DNA of 62,939 bases from Catajapyx aquilonaris (taxonomy: Eukaryota). A model generated the notes under the pieces. It did no database searches. It had not been told where the DNA came from and saw only the letters and a list, made by a program, of their open reading frames with translations. Positions 61,248-62,939 of the stretch are shown one piece after another. The DNA is taken from the NCBI GenBank assembly GCA_000934665.2, contig KZ538546.1, positions 1 to 62,939 on the forward strand. Direction: 5' to 3'. Positions within the stretch are counted from its first letter, which is position 1. Every line of letters begins with the position of its first letter. A program made the position numbers and the translations under genes.

Positions 61248-61702
61248 TACCTGCTGCAAGATAGGATTTCCTTTGCATTTTTGTTGGATTAAAGTGGAAC
61301 ATGGAAATAAAGCCTCTTTTAGGCCCATCATTAGTTAAAACCCTGGACACTCAGGAATAAATATATATTAGTGCTCGTAGCTTGGGGTACCACTAGTCAG
61401 ATTGTATATTGTTATTTTCATATAGGCCTAATCTGTTTTCCAGATGGGCAGGCCTTGCACGACCCTTTTCTAAGTCAGGCCTGAATTACAAATCCAGGGA
61501 CACCAGTAATATGCCTAAGATTCTTAAGATATCTAAAAAAATTGGCACTGTCCTGTATCATGGAAACTGTAATTAAATTTTCATTAAATGAGGAATAACT
61601 CATGTAACTGAGCAATTTTGTTAGTGGTAAGTTTAATAGTATTTGTTAAAATCTTGTGATTTAACCGTCCACAATATTTGAGGGTGATGTAGTTTCAGTG
61701 TA

Positions 61703-62620
61703 TAAGGTGTGTTCAAATGAAACAAAGTGAGGCAATATCTCAGGAGCTATTTGTCTCAGCTGTGTGCTAGTGGTATCTCTAAGTAGGCACTTGCATGGCT
61801 GATTTTCATGCTAGTAGTTAGTAGTCAGTATATATGTAGTGGGACAGCATTTTATGCAAGTCTCCCAGGGCTATGGATTTGTCCAAGCAGGCACAATTCA
61901 CCGCCATCCTTTTTCCTCATCAAGGAAGGAACTGCACCGGTGGACATTGTCCATTGGTTGCCAAGGGCATGTGGGAAAGCCTGCTTCAACCACACCATCT
62001 TGGTGGACAAATTGGTGCTGCAAACAACTAAGGAAATGTTCTCTCGAAAGGTCCTCCATGCACACATGTCTGGACAGAAATTCCCTACACCTTTTGAAGA
62101 GAGTTTTGTGGTTGAAGCAGACTTTCCCATGCAGCTTCTGCATCCAATGGACAATGAGTACGTTTACATGGGACTAAAAATCGGCCTAGCCTATGCTAGG
62201 CGAACCGGTTTACTCCCATGTAGCCGCTGGGCCTACGATAGACCGGCCTTATCTGATCCGTTGTCGGGCGCAGCCCAAGCCTTTTGGGTCGGGTGGTCTA
62301 CCTAAGGCGATGGCCTTGCTTAGGAAGCCTGGGTCAGGCCGATTTTTAGTCCCATGTAAACGTACTCAATGTCCACTGGTGCAGTTCCTTCCTTGATAAG
62401 GGAAAAGGATGATGGCGAGTTGTGCATGTTTGGATGAATCCGTAGCCCTGGGAGATTTACATAAAAATAAAATTCTCTCTTGCCCACTACATGCATACTG
62501 ACTACTAACTACTCCGCATGAAAATTAGCCATGCAGGTGCCTACTCAGTCAGAGATACGACTAGCACTCAGCTGAGACAAATAGCCCTGAGTTATTTCCT
62601 CTACTTTTCCTGTGAGCACT
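61703..62620. mobile_element. mariner fold-back element (two 5' ends)
   Basis: Long inverted arms, each encoding IKEGTAPVDIVHW...GK.CFNH (mariner N-terminal HTH). The right terminus is eroded. Confidence 0.8.
62156..62367. mobile_element. PIF/Harbinger-like MITE nested in the fold-back arm
   Basis: TIR GAGTACGTTTACATGGGACTAAAAATCGGCCT and a 3-bp TSD AAT. Confidence 0.85.
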
Positions 62621-62668
62621 GAGTTTCAAATATTTCTGCTATTCACAGTGACAGTTACAGCTTGTTGG

Positions 62669-62780
62669 ACAGCAGAGGATTAGGATTAGGAAGGAACCAC
62701 TGTGACTAGCTGCCTATAAACAGCAGAGGATTAGGATTAGGAAGGAGGCACTGTGACTAGCTGCCTATAAACAGCAGAGG
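62669..62780. repeat. 51-bp tandem repeat, about 2.2 copies
   Basis: Unit ACAGCAGAGGATTAGGATTAGGAAGGAACCACTGTGACTAGCTGCCTATAA. Confidence 0.9.
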
Positions 62781-62939
62781 TGTCCCTTGCTAAGCTGCCA
62801 GCCATGCTGTCTGCAGCAATTCCTGTGCCTACTACGGTGGAGTGGACTTCTGCCAAGAAGTATGATAATATTTTGATTTTCTATGCGAAACTTACAAGTG
62901 GTGGTGTCCTGCACATCCTTCTTTTTTTTTGGGGGGGGG

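Noticed and set aside
62669..62780. CRISPR-like appearance of short repeats (also 528-740 and 38390-38490)
   Set aside because: The context is eukaryotic, and the repeats are tandem or TE subterminal with no regular unique spacers and no cas genes.

Overview
Eukaryotic, most likely arthropod, genomic DNA with spliceosomal introns, assembly gaps and very dense transposon relics. Three complete host genes can be built exon by exon. Amphiphysin (Amph) is on the minus strand with 9 coding exons at 9509-33001 (N-BAR plus SH3). Cytochrome c oxidase subunit 7C (COX7C) is on the minus strand at 38798-41977, and its second exon is missing from the ORF track. 3-methylcrotonoyl-CoA carboxylase beta (MCCC2) is on the plus strand with 11 exons at 42958-54000. 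COX7C and MCCC2 are head-to-head, about 1 kb apart. The window opens with the spliced 5' end of a probable Sola-type transposase that has competing GC and GT donors. The rest is MITEs (Tc1/mariner, pogo, Harbinger, Kolobok, piggyBac, hAT/P, Sola), a Helitron, an LTR relic, LINE ends and several SINEs. The most unusual items are: (1) a 247-bp TSD-flanked retroelement with a structured non-tRNA, RTE-5'UTR-like (possibly ribozyme) head; (2) a covarying 3' stem-loop shared by one LINE and three SINEs; (3) mariner fold-backs made of two copies of the same end; (4) an intact tRNA-like cloverleaf with an expanded anticodon arm. Family assignments are from remembered motifs; no database search was run.
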